DNA of 59,985 nucleotides, the filler included. It is 9 parts of 9 records of this genome, joined end to end, with 100 filler letters (N's around TTAATTAATTAA, not from the genome) between each part and the next. Parts side by side here need not be neighbours in the genome. Positions count along the whole stretch, not along the records: positions 1 to 5,966 come from SRR31156797_51970; positions 6,067 to 11,664 come from SRR31156797_51996; 7 more parts are not named here. One strand, written 5' to 3'. Below are positions 1 through 9,685 of the stretch, piece by piece. The first letter of the stretch is position 1. Every line of letters starts with the position of its first letter. The translations under genes were made by a program, and so were the position numbers. The notes below the pieces were generated by a model. It made no database searches. It worked only from the letters and a program-made list of their open reading frames with translations, and had not been told where the DNA came from.

Positions 1-230
1 AGATTTCGCTTCGATCCCCTAATTTTTAAATAGGCTCTTAGCAGCTCAGAAAATCAAGAAAAATAATGGAAGATTTTATCCGAATTCAAGAATAAAAATT
101 CCTCAAAACAATCCCAATATATTCATTTTTTCGACATGACATAAAATGTAAAAATTTTCGTTAATTTGTCATGCAATTCTAAGAATTCACTAAAAATTCA
201 CTAAAAGTTAAAGCGTATAACGAAACTGAA

Positions 231-382
231 GTTTGAAAAAGCCACACCTCGGGTGACCGGGGGCCGGAAAGTCTTCAGGATCTTGGATCTGTCTTTAACT
301 TTAACAGGAATGAAGCAGGGCAAAAAGACCCGCCATCCAAAAATATTAAAGAAGACAGAGCAAGACAGCCGGACTACCAAAT
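231..382 (+). promoter_or_regulatory. c-di-GMP-I (GEMM-I) riboswitch aptamer with extended P3
   Basis: P1 GTTTG(231-235)/CAAAT(378-382); P2 CCTCGG-GTGA-CCGGGG with GNRA loop; CGGAAA junction; P3 GG-ATCTTG...CAAGAC-AG-CC receptor then GGAC-TACC; lies upstream of a PEP-CTERM gene. Confidence 0.8.
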
Positions 383-430
383 CTTTGAAAATTTTTTTTT
401 AATTTTAATTTTTAAAGTTTGGAGATGGAA

Positions 431-1156
431 ATGAAAAAATTGTTATCTATTGTTTTTGCGGCTTTCATGGTGTTTGCCGCAGCTGATTCTGCACTGGCTT
501 GGAGTGAAAGTGAACTGACCGCTGTAATTTATGTTGATGGGACTGATGTTGAGATCGGAATTGACTTGGGTGATATCAACACTATTGCTGGAACCGACAC
601 CCTCCTTGCGGCAGCAGGTACCTGGAATCTGGATATGTTCACCAATGATTGGAGTTTTTCTGATCTGAACATTGGGCTTATGGCTTCAACAAATCTGGCT
701 TCTTATACCACTTATATTGGTACTACCGCGGCTACACAGCCTGCAATCAACGGAGGTCAGGCCTATGCAGTGTTAGATCGGGTTGGTACTGTAACTAATC
801 TGTATGATGGTGTGGTTGATAACAGCAACATTTATGGTGCTATCAATACTTATGGTGAGGTAATGAATAAGGGTATGGAGGCTGCGGGCGCATACAGCGG
901 TCTGAATGCAGATGCTTTAGATGGCGAAGCATCCTTTACTGATGGCATTGATTACGTGGATATGTATCTGTACGCCGTTTTCGCAGATGGAGACGTGCTT
1001 GAAGGCGCTGATGCCGACTACGTATCTTTTGTCAGATTTAACACAGACGGTTCTGTTGTGCTGAATCCCGGTAATTCTGCTGTTCCTGTTCCCGGTGCTT
1101 TTATTCTGCTGGGTTCCGGTCTGCTGGCCCTTGCCGGTCTGCGCAGAAAAAACTAA
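431..1156 (+). CDS. PEP-CTERM/VPLPA-CTERM sorting-domain surface protein
   Basis: Signal peptide (MKKLLSIVFAAFMVFAAADSALA); C-terminal VPVPGAFILLGSGLLALAGLRRKN; ATG 431 follows GGAG. Confidence 0.9.
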   Translation: MKKLLSIVFAAFMVFAAADSALAWSESELTAVIYVDGTDVEIGIDLGDINTIAGTDTLLAAAGTWNLDMFTNDWSFSDLNIGLMASTNLASYTTYIGTTAATQPAINGGQAYAVLDRVGTVTNLYDGVVDNSNIYGAINTYGEVMNKGMEAAGAYSGLNADALDGEASFTDGIDYVDMYLYAVFADGDVLEGADADYVSFVRFNTDGSVVLNPGNSAVPVPGAFILLGSGLLALAGLRRKN

Positions 1157-1233
1157 AACGTTTGTTGCGTCACCACAGGTTATGGCGGCCTGGGGTGGTA
1201 TGAATTGATATTTAAAGAATAAGGATTAGAAAA

Positions 1234-2637
1234 GTGATTAAAAAAATTATGAAAGGCCTTGTCATCGGCGGTGCTGTTCTTGCCATGACCGGTGCATCTG
1301 CCCAGGCTCAAAAAATTGAGGTAAATCTGTTTGGTGCATCTGCACAGTATAAATTCTGGACCAACATGGCTGGTAAGTATCTTGAAGATGGACTTGGCTG
1401 TGATCCCGGAGATATCTACGAAGCGACTGGTGAGGTTGACGGTCGTGATGTGGGTATTGCCGTATGTGCGGGTGCTGCCGCAGATCTTCCCGGTGTTACT
1501 TATGGCGGTACCGCCCTCAGCGGCGACGGTGCCGGCCATGATGACATCTCAGGCGATACTGTTGTTATCCGTTACTCCACCAATGCGTCCTATGACGGCA
1601 TTCGCGCCGTTACCAATGACGGCAGATTTAGCACTGAATGCACAACTGACGGTGACCGCCTTCAGGGTGAGCTTGAGACTGCAACCCTTGGTGCATATGG
1701 TTCTGCCGGGTCTGTGACTGCGATGACCTGCCAGGATGTTCACATCGGTGCTTCCGATGTTGCTGCCACCACCTTTGCCCAGTACTCCTACGGTCTTCTT
1801 GACGGGCCGACTGATGATTATTACCCGGCCGAGAATGGGGCTGATGGTGGCCACTGGGAAGAAAGAGATATCACCTATAGCGTAGACACTATGATTGATC
1901 CTGTTGAGGCAGGGTATGATGTTGGTCGTCCCATTGTTGTTCCTTTTTCTTTCTTTGCTCATGATGATGGAACAAGCGAAGTCCCTTTTGACAACCTGTC
2001 CAGAATGATGGCTGTATCTTTGTTCAATGGAACCGTAATAGATTGGAACGAATTTGATTCCAGCTTAGCCAGTCAGAAAGTTGTACTGTGCCTGAGGCAC
2101 GCGGGTTCCGGTACTGCTGCAACTCTTAATGCCGCTGTTTTCCGTGGCGACAGTTCTGTTGTTAAAACGCAGGTTGGTGTTGGGTCTTTCCAATATAACA
2201 TGGGTTGGAGCCCTGCGATCTATTTCAACAGCGGGTCTTCTGCGCTGATGAAATGTGTTTCCATGCTCGAAGGTGCAGTTGGGTATGCTGACACTAACAA
2301 ATGTTTTGATGACGATCCTGCAGTTAATAGCCATGACGATCCTCTAGATCCAGACGGATACTCGTCATCTGACTCTAAATGCGGTTATGCAAAACGTCTG
2401 CAGTACCAAGGTGTTAACGGTAGTGCAGCCACCATTGCCAAGGGTCAGTATTCTTTCTGGTCAGCACAGTGGTTGTTCAGCAATGAATCAGGTGATACTG
2501 ATACAGTGATTACGGAACTGGTAGACTTTGCTTCTGACAGCACTAACATGCCTTCAAAATATGCCTTGTTCTGGGCTGCCGATGACGACATGAAGTGGGA
2601 CAAAACCACTGATTTTGATCTGCCTTTGAAAAAATAG
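1234..2637 (+). CDS. Exported PstS/PBP-fold substrate-binding-like protein, Cys-rich
   Basis: Signal peptide; GAS, GASDV, LRHAGSGT and GAVGYA motifs typical of phosphate-binding PBP domains; 8 Cys. Confidence 0.7.
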   Translation: MIKKIMKGLVIGGAVLAMTGASAQAQKIEVNLFGASAQYKFWTNMAGKYLEDGLGCDPGDIYEATGEVDGRDVGIAVCAGAAADLPGVTYGGTALSGDGAGHDDISGDTVVIRYSTNASYDGIRAVTNDGRFSTECTTDGDRLQGELETATLGAYGSAGSVTAMTCQDVHIGASDVAATTFAQYSYGLLDGPTDDYYPAENGADGGHWEERDITYSVDTMIDPVEAGYDVGRPIVVPFSFFAHDDGTSEVPFDNLSRMMAVSLFNGTVIDWNEFDSSLASQKVVLCLRHAGSGTAATLNAAVFRGDSSVVKTQVGVGSFQYNMGWSPAIYFNSGSSALMKCVSMLEGAVGYADTNKCFDDDPAVNSHDDPLDPDGYSSSDSKCGYAKRLQYQGVNGSAATIAKGQYSFWSAQWLFSNESGDTDTVITELVDFASDSTNMPSKYALFWAADDDMKWDKTTDFDLPLKK

Positions 2638-2660
2638 TTCCAATTATTTGTAGTATAAAG

Positions 2661-2695
2661 CAGGCCCGGTCTCTTATGGCCGGGCCTGTTTTTTT
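2661..2695 (+). terminator. Rho-independent terminator
   Basis: CAGGCCCGGT...GCCGGGCCTG stem followed by T7. Confidence 0.85.
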
Positions 2696-2891
2696 AAAGG
2701 GCTGGGGTGGATTTCACAGATGAGGATTGAAGCTTTTCGCATTGCGCCCTAATGAAAATCTAAGAAAGTGCTCATTTTCTGCTAAACAATAAATAACCAT
2801 ACTGTGATATCTACAGATTTCATTTTTTGAATATTATAATTTGAACAAGTGGGAATATACTCTTCGGCCGGTAAAGTAAAAGGATTGAATT

Positions 2892-3722
2892 ATGATTTGT
2901 CACATAGTTGTAATGTTTGTCATGGTCTCTGGCATTGCTTTGTTTTCAGGGTGTAGTCCACTTCAAAACAAAGGGGTGGTGATTAACCCGGGGGATCAGG
3001 TTAAGGTGAATTATACCTGCGTTATCCCGGATAAAGGCGTGGTGGATACGACCCTGTCTTCTGTTGCTGGTGATGAAAATATCGCTAAATCAAAAGCGTT
3101 TATAAAATTTGCTGAGTATCAACCCCTTAAAGTGATGGCTGTACCAACGGACAAAGGTTCTTCTAATGGGCTTAAGGCCCTTGATAAAGAAATATTAAAT
3201 CAGATTGCACAGCAGGTGACCGGAAAAAACGTAGGCCAAACCTATGACATGGTCCTTGTATCGGAAACACCCCAAGGGCTTGAGAATGTAATTCGGTACC
3301 GCGTTATTGACAGGGTTAAAAAAATCAAAAAAGCGAATACGGTATCCCGTAAACAATATCTGTTTGATCAAAAAAAAGAGCCCGAGGTGGGGGACGTTCT
3401 TTACGACAATGGTGTGCCTTCTGTAAAAATAGTTGCTGTGGATGACAAGGAAGTAACACTTGAGAAGGTTCTTAATAAAGATGGCCCCACATATTGGGAA
3501 GTCGAATTTGGTGTCTGTCAGTTGGATGATTTGGGGAATGGGTTTGTTCAGGTGACAGTGAATACGCAAATCGGCCGGCTTGTACGCCGCGGTCAGGTTA
3601 TCGGCAGGGTGTCAGAAATTACGGACAAAAGCGTGGTCATGGATTTTGGACATCCTTTTGCCGGATATCCCCTGGAATGCAAGGTTCAGATTCTGGATGA
3701 AACCCCAAAGGAAGACCAATGA
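2892..3722 (+). CDS. Lipoprotein FKBP-type (SlyD-like) peptidyl-prolyl isomerase
   Basis: Lipobox LFSGC; GDQVKVNY at the N-terminus and MDFGHPFAGYPL at the C-terminus (SlyD DxNHPLAG-like). Confidence 0.75.
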   Translation: MICHIVVMFVMVSGIALFSGCSPLQNKGVVINPGDQVKVNYTCVIPDKGVVDTTLSSVAGDENIAKSKAFIKFAEYQPLKVMAVPTDKGSSNGLKALDKEILNQIAQQVTGKNVGQTYDMVLVSETPQGLENVIRYRVIDRVKKIKKANTVSRKQYLFDQKKEPEVGDVLYDNGVPSVKIVAVDDKEVTLEKVLNKDGPTYWEVEFGVCQLDDLGNGFVQVTVNTQIGRLVRRGQVIGRVSEITDKSVVMDFGHPFAGYPLECKVQILDETPKEDQ

Positions 3723-5008
3723 TTTGTAAAACCATTTTGCATGCAGGCTGCGGGCTTTTCGGGTTTGTTATAATGGCCGGTCTTTTTTCATGCACCAGCG
3801 TATCAAATACACCGGGGCCGGAATATCCCGACTCGGCCGGCATATCTGCAGATATGGATACGATTTCAGCTCATCAGGACAATGCACCGTCAGAGCATTC
3901 ACAACAGATTGATGCTATACGTAAAGCAGTCCGGGAAGCCAAGGCAGCAGGTAAGTCCTCGGTGGATATTAATCTTGATGAAATTATCGGCCTTGAAGAA
4001 ATTGCCGGCGTGGTCCAGGCCGGGGATCTGGTGACCGTGACATGTGCCGGGGATTTTGACGGAACCCCGGTGCCTGTGGAGCCAGGCACTACCCTTGATG
4101 TGGTAGCCGGCACCAGCTCTGATATCCCCGGTCTTGCCCGTGCTGTTCTTGGTATGAAAATCAAGGAGCAGAAGTCAGAAACTATTGTTCCGGAACAGGC
4201 GTTTGGCAAATATGATCCTTCAAGAATTAAGGGATTTTCATCTGTGCGTACAATGCCTGTCATACTTTCAATGGAGACGGCAGCCTATAAAAAAAGATAC
4301 AAAGCCTTGCCTGCTGAAGGTGATCTTGTACAGATCACTCCCTATTTTAAATCCCGGGTGATTGATGTGCAGGATCAAACCGTGACCCTTGAAAACCTGG
4401 CCCAAAATGGATTTTCAGATAAAACCCGGCTTGGTACAACCACCATTTCAACAGATGGCGAAAAAATTACCATCCGTCTGGCGCCGATTAAAGGCGCACT
4501 TTTTGAAGTGGGCGGGAAAAAAGGACGGGTGGCCAAAGTCGAAGAAAACCGGTTCTGGGTGGATTTCAACCATCCGTTGGCCGGCAAAACCCTTCACCTG
4601 GACATAGAAGTGAAAGGCCTTATAAAAAAGTCTGAACTTGAAGGCATGGCCCTTGACTGGATTGAAGACCATGATTTCGCTATTCATGTGGCTGAAAAAA
4701 GAAAAAAAATTTGTGTGCTGGTCTTATATGCAAATGGGTGTCAATGGTGCAAAAAGATGTTGGAAAGTACCTTTGAAGACCCGCGGATCAGAATGTTCAA
4801 GGATGACTTTATCTGGGCGAAAGTCAATTCCGGTATGCAAGAAGAGATAAAGCAGCGCTACCACCAGGACGGGTTTCCTTTGACCGTGGTGCTGGATGAC
4901 CATGGCAATGTCATCAAGAAGATATCCGGATTCAGGAATGCTGAACAACTGAGATTTGAGCTGAAAAAAATACTGAACACAACCTCACTGAGTAAAGCTG
5001 GAAATTGA
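3719..5008 (+). CDS. Lipoprotein FKBP-type PPIase fused to a C-terminal thioredoxin-like domain
   Basis: Lipobox LFSC; IPGL..A..GM, PEQAFG, VDFNHPLAGKTL; CQWC in a Trx fold with GFP cis-Pro motif. Confidence 0.8.
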   Translation: MICKTILHAGCGLFGFVIMAGLFSCTSVSNTPGPEYPDSAGISADMDTISAHQDNAPSEHSQQIDAIRKAVREAKAAGKSSVDINLDEIIGLEEIAGVVQAGDLVTVTCAGDFDGTPVPVEPGTTLDVVAGTSSDIPGLARAVLGMKIKEQKSETIVPEQAFGKYDPSRIKGFSSVRTMPVILSMETAAYKKRYKALPAEGDLVQITPYFKSRVIDVQDQTVTLENLAQNGFSDKTRLGTTTISTDGEKITIRLAPIKGALFEVGGKKGRVAKVEENRFWVDFNHPLAGKTLHLDIEVKGLIKKSELEGMALDWIEDHDFAIHVAEKRKKICVLVLYANGCQWCKKMLESTFEDPRIRMFKDDFIWAKVNSGMQEEIKQRYHQDGFPLTVVLDDHGNVIKKISGFRNAEQLRFELKKILNTTSLSKAGN

Positions 5009-5966
5009 TGCGATTTTTGTTTGTGCGTTCTACTTGTTTGAAAGACAGCGTTGTTTTTGGGCTGACGGCTGCGGTTGCTTTTGTAAGCCTGCTTTGGGGA
5101 ACCCCGGTGCAGGCAGTCCAGGAAAAGGTGCTGACCTTTGATATTAACGCCTTTTATATTGAGGGCAACACTGTACTGGAAAAAGATGTTTTGACCATGC
5201 AGATCAAGCATTTTATCGGCCCGGGTAAAACCTCTAAGGATGTGGAAGCAGCCCGGGATAGTCTGGAGCGGTTCTACCATGAGTTGGGATATCCGACTGT
5301 GCTGGTGAATATTCCCGAGCAGACGGTATCCGACGGCATTGTTAAATTTCAGGTGATCGAAAGCAAGATTAAGCGTGTGTGGGTGGAAGGAAATAAATAC
5401 TTCACCATGGCGCACATTAAAAAAAAATTGCCATCTGTGGCACCGGGCAAAATTTTATACCTTCCGGATGTAAGAAAGGATCTGGCCCGGGTAAACCAGA
5501 CCCCTGATCTTAAGGTTTCTCCTCTTTTAATTCCAGGCAAAGAACTTGGTACCATTAATGTAGGCCTGAACGTGGAAGATTCATTACCTTTGCACGGCAG
5601 TCTGGAATTGAATAACAGAAGTACCCATGAAACTACGGATCTGAGGCTGAACGGCGCATTTCGATATGATAACCTCTGGCAGAAAGGCCATTCCATAGGC
5701 GTTCAGTTCCAGGTGTCTCCCCAGGATACGGACGAGGTGAAGATGGCTTCGGCCTCCTATACCATGACCACTCCCTGGAATCTGGACCATCTGCTTTTGG
5801 GATACTTTATCTGGTCCGACAGTGAGACCGCCTCGGGTGACGGGTTTGATGTCATTGGTGACGGCATGCTGGCAGGATTCAGGTACATGATGTCCCTGCC
5901 CGGTCAAGGCCGGTACAGCCACAACATTAGTTTAGGAACCGATTGGAAAGATTTTAACGAAGAGGT
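5008..5966 (+). CDS. ShlB/FhaC/HecB (TpsB) outer-membrane transporter, 3'-truncated
   Basis: POTRA motifs (IEGNTVL, YHELGY, IPEQ..DGIV), start of the beta-barrel (LELNN, YDNLWQKGH); TGATG overlap with the upstream gene; runs into the spacer. Confidence 0.85.
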
Positions 5967-6066
5967 NNNNNNNNNNNNNNNNNNNNNNNNNNNNNNNNNN
6001 NNNNNNNNNNTTAATTAATTAANNNNNNNNNNNNNNNNNNNNNNNNNNNNNNNNNNNNNNNNNNNN
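5967..6066. other. Artificial contig spacer (others at 11665-11764, 20304-20403, 26054-26153, 31550-31649, 38002-38101, 43380-43479, 54057-54156)
   Basis: N44-TTAATTAATTAA-N44 appears eight times; composition and gene content change abruptly across spacers. Confidence 0.98.
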
Positions 6067-6195
6067 GCTTAATCAACATTCTGATATTATGTAAAATTAC
6101 CCGAGTGTGAAAAACTCGGGCGCTCCTGCTTGACGGCCCGACGGGCTGCGTATATAAAAGCAGGCTGATAATATTGTATTGTTTTTGGAGGATTC

Positions 6196-7638
6196 ATGGC
6201 GCTGGTCATCCACAACACTCTCAACGGAAAAAAGGAAGAATTCACTCCGATTGAGGCCGGTAAGGTTAAAATATACGTCTGCGGTCCCACTGTTTATGAC
6301 AACAGTCACATAGGTCATGCCAGGGCCGTTGTTGTTTTCGACGTCCTGGTCAAGCACCTTAAGGATTCGGGATATGAAGTCACTTATGTCAGGAACTTTA
6401 CTGATGTTGACGACAAGATCATAAACCGGGCCAATGAAAACGGCGAGGATTATCTCAAGCTGGCTGAAAAGTTCATTAAATCGTTTCATGAAGACATGGA
6501 CGCCCTGGGTGCGGCCCGCCCGGATATCGAACCCCGGGCCACGAATTATATCAATGAAATGATCGCGGACATACAATCCCTGGTGGAATCCGGCCATGCA
6601 TACCAGGCCGGGGGAGACGTATACTACGACGTGACCAGCTTTGATAAGTACGGCAGCCTGTCCGGGCGAACCCTGGAAGACATGAAAGCCGGCGCCAGAA
6701 TCGAAGTGGACGAACGCAAGCACAGCCCCTGGGATTTCGCCCTGTGGAAGGAAAGCAAGCCCGGCGAACCGTCATGGCCCAGTCCATGGGGGGAAGGTCG
6801 TCCAGGATGGCACATCGAATGTTCGGCCATGAGCTATAACCTTTTGGGCGCGGAATTCGATATTCACGGCGGCGGGCACGATCTTGTCTTCCCGCACCAC
6901 GAAAATGAACTGGCCCAGTCCGCGGCCTTGGATCGCTCTTTTGCCAGGTATTGGATGCACAACGGATTCGTCCGCGTGGACCACCGGAAAATGTCAAAAT
7001 CCCTTAAAAACTTCTTTACCATTAAAGAAGTTATGGAGAAATTTGACTCTGAAGTCATCCGGCTCTTTCTGGTTTCAAAACATTATCGGAGCCCTATTGA
7101 TTTTACGGACGAAGCTTTAAAGGAAACCAACCGCAGCCTGGACAAGGCTTATCTGGCCCTTAGAGGCGCCGACGACCTTGGCGTTGCTCCGGATAAGCCC
7201 ATTGAAGGACCGGCTGGAGAAATGCTCGATCTTTTCCGGGAGGCCATGGATGACGACCTTAACACCGCCAAGGCCCTGGGACGCTTTTTCGAAGCGGTCA
7301 GGGAACTGAATCGACTCCTGGATGAAGCCCGCACCGCCGGCCCGGACCTTGACGTCATGGGCGCCTGGTACGCGGCTATTAAAATAATGGGGGCCACCCT
7401 GGGCATACTCAACAGGGCGCCCGCGGAATGGTTTGAAAGAGAAGCCGCGGCCGCAACGGGCGAAGGCGATGACGCGGGTCCGAGCGTGGAAAAGATCGAA
7501 GAAATGGTCACGGCCAGGACAGAAGCCAGGGCCGCTAAAAATTGGGCTGAAGCGGATCGCATACGGGACGAGCTTAAATCCTGGGGAGTTGTATTGGAAG
7601 ACGGCGGCGGTCAGACAAGGTGGCGGATGGAAAGCTGA
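6196..7638 (+). CDS. cysS: Cysteine--tRNA ligase
   Basis: [29 protein letters not shown]. Confidence 0.98.
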   Translation: MALVIHNTLNGKKEEFTPIEAGKVKIYVCGPTVYDNSHIGHARAVVVFDVLVKHLKDSGYEVTYVRNFTDVDDKIINRANENGEDYLKLAEKFIKSFHEDMDALGAARPDIEPRATNYINEMIADIQSLVESGHAYQAGGDVYYDVTSFDKYGSLSGRTLEDMKAGARIEVDERKHSPWDFALWKESKPGEPSWPSPWGEGRPGWHIECSAMSYNLLGAEFDIHGGGHDLVFPHHENELAQSAALDRSFARYWMHNGFVRVDHRKMSKSLKNFFTIKEVMEKFDSEVIRLFLVSKHYRSPIDFTDEALKETNRSLDKAYLALRGADDLGVAPDKPIEGPAGEMLDLFREAMDDDLNTAKALGRFFEAVRELNRLLDEARTAGPDLDVMGAWYAAIKIMGATLGILNRAPAEWFEREAAAATGEGDDAGPSVEKIEEMVTARTEARAAKNWAEADRIRDELKSWGVVLEDGGGQTRWRMES

Positions 7639-7655
7639 AACGCCTGGTTTCAACT

Positions 7656-9647
7656 ATGCCCGATTTTATACTTACAGGCGAATTCACGCCCCGGGGAGAC
7701 CAGCCCGCGGCCATTGAGACGCTGGCTAAAAACCTTGAGCAGGACGTACCCCGCCAGGTGCTGCTCGGCGTCACCGGTTCGGGCAAAACCTACACCATGG
7801 CCAATGTCATCGAACGGATCAACAGGCCGACCCTGGTGCTCGCCCCCAACAAAACCCTGGCCGCTCAACTCTACGGCGAATTCAAATCCCTGTTTCCCCA
7901 TAATGCGGTCGAATTTTTTGTCAGCTATTACGATTACTACCAGCCCGAGGCTTACATACCCCAGTCCGATATCTATATTGAAAAAGATTCCAGCATTAAC
8001 GAAGCCATAGACAAAATGAGGCACGCAGCCACCCGGTCGCTCCTCGACCGGAGGGACGTGCTCATAGTGGCCAGCGTCTCCTGTATTTACGGCCTGGGTT
8101 CGCCCGAAGCCTACCATGAAATGATGCTCTTTCTGGAACGGGGAGTCGATCGGCCCCTGGAAGACATCCTGGCCAAGCTGGTGGAAATGCAATACGAACG
8201 CAATGATTACGATTTCCACCGGGGAACCTTCCGGGTCAGGGGAGACACCCTGGAAATATTTCCCGCGTACGAAGACGACCGGGCCGTCAGGGTCGAATTT
8301 TTCGGCGACACGGTCGAAGACATCCGGCAGGTCGATCCCTTGCGCGGCGAAGTCATCAACGAACTGGAAAGGGTCGCCTTGTACCCGGGCAGCCACTATG
8401 TCACATCCGCGGAAAACATGCGGCGGGCCAGGAAAGCCATTAGAGAGGAACTGGCCGGGCGGCTGGATTATTTTTACAAGGAAAACAAGCTGCTCGAAGC
8501 CCAGCGTCTTAATGAGCGAACCAATTTCGACATGGAAATGCTCAGGGAAATGGGGTTCTGTCACGGCATTGAAAACTATTCCCGCCACCTGACCGGCCGG
8601 GAGCCCGGACAGCCGCCTCCGACCCTGTTGGATTATTTCCCTGAAGATTTCGTCATGTTTATAGACGAAAGCCACATTGCCGTGCCCCAGCTCAGGGCCA
8701 TGTACCACGGCGACCGCAGTAGAAAAGAAAATCTGGTCGATTACGGTTTTCGGCTGCCGTCCGCCCTGGACAACAGGCCCCTGAATTTTGAGGAATTCAA
8801 TTCCATTCTAAACCAGGCCGTGTACGTTTCCGCTACGCCGGCCGACTATGAAATGGAAATATCAAGCGGGGTGATGGCCGAACAGATTATCCGACCCACC
8901 GGATTGATGGATCCGGAAATGGTTTTCCGCCCGGCCAAGGGGCAGGTCGACGATCTATACGCGGAAATCCGCAAGCGGGTAGACCGAAACGAGAGAGTGC
9001 TGGTTACTACCCTGACCAAGCGCATGGCCGAAGACCTGACCGATTATTACACGGATATGGGTGTAAAAGTCCGGTACCTGCATTCGGATGTCAAGACCAT
9101 CGAACGCATGGAAATCATACGGGATTTAAGGCTGGGTAAATTCGACGTCCTGGTCGGTATAAACTTGCTCAGGGAGGGGCTCGATTTGCCCGAGGTATCA
9201 CTGGTGGCAATTCTGGATGCGGACAAGGAAGGATTCCTGCGTTCGGCCCGCTCGCTTATCCAGACCTGCGGCCGTGCGGCCAGAAACGTGAAAGGCCTGA
9301 CTATCCTTTACGCCGACCGGGAAACAAAAGCCATGCTGACGGCCAAGGAAGAAACCGACCGTCGTCGGAGCATACAGGCCGCGTTTAACGAGGAGCACGG
9401 CATCACTCCGGAATCCATTGTCAAAGGCATCGATAATGTACTGGCCTCGGTTTACGAAGCCGACTATTACACTGTTCCCGCGGTTCACGAAGAAGAGGCC
9501 GAATACATACCTCCGGACGAAATCCCCCGCATTGTAAAAGCCCTGAAAAAGGAAATGAAGGAAGCGGCCGAACGCCTGGAATTTGAAGAAGCGGCCCGCA
9601 TACGAGACCGGATCAAGGCCATATCCGATGACAGCCTGCACATGTAA
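7656..9647 (+). CDS. uvrB: Excinuclease ABC subunit B
   Basis: [33 protein letters not shown]-terminal UVR coil; ATG 7656 chosen to avoid overlap with cysS. Confidence 0.98.
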   Translation: MPDFILTGEFTPRGDQPAAIETLAKNLEQDVPRQVLLGVTGSGKTYTMANVIERINRPTLVLAPNKTLAAQLYGEFKSLFPHNAVEFFVSYYDYYQPEAYIPQSDIYIEKDSSINEAIDKMRHAATRSLLDRRDVLIVASVSCIYGLGSPEAYHEMMLFLERGVDRPLEDILAKLVEMQYERNDYDFHRGTFRVRGDTLEIFPAYEDDRAVRVEFFGDTVEDIRQVDPLRGEVINELERVALYPGSHYVTSAENMRRARKAIREELAGRLDYFYKENKLLEAQRLNERTNFDMEMLREMGFCHGIENYSRHLTGREPGQPPPTLLDYFPEDFVMFIDESHIAVPQLRAMYHGDRSRKENLVDYGFRLPSALDNRPLNFEEFNSILNQAVYVSATPADYEMEISSGVMAEQIIRPTGLMDPEMVFRPAKGQVDDLYAEIRKRVDRNERVLVTTLTKRMAEDLTDYYTDMGVKVRYLHSDVKTIERMEIIRDLRLGKFDVLVGINLLREGLDLPEVSLVAILDADKEGFLRSARSLIQTCGRAARNVKGLTILYADRETKAMLTAKEETDRRRSIQAAFNEEHGITPESIVKGIDNVLASVYEADYYTVPAVHEEEAEYIPPDEIPRIVKALKKEMKEAAERLEFEEAARIRDRIKAISDDSLHM

Positions 9648-9685
9648 ATTTATTACGGCCTGGTGAAAAAGGCCGGCGGACATAT

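Noticed and set aside
6011-6022. Recurrent TTAATTAATTAA as a biological repeat or CRISPR-like unit
   Set aside because: It is always centred in N runs and is an artificial all-frame-stop linker.
6067-6195. T-box leader upstream of cysS
   Set aside because: Small hairpins only; no T-box consensus, and the region is cut by the contig edge.
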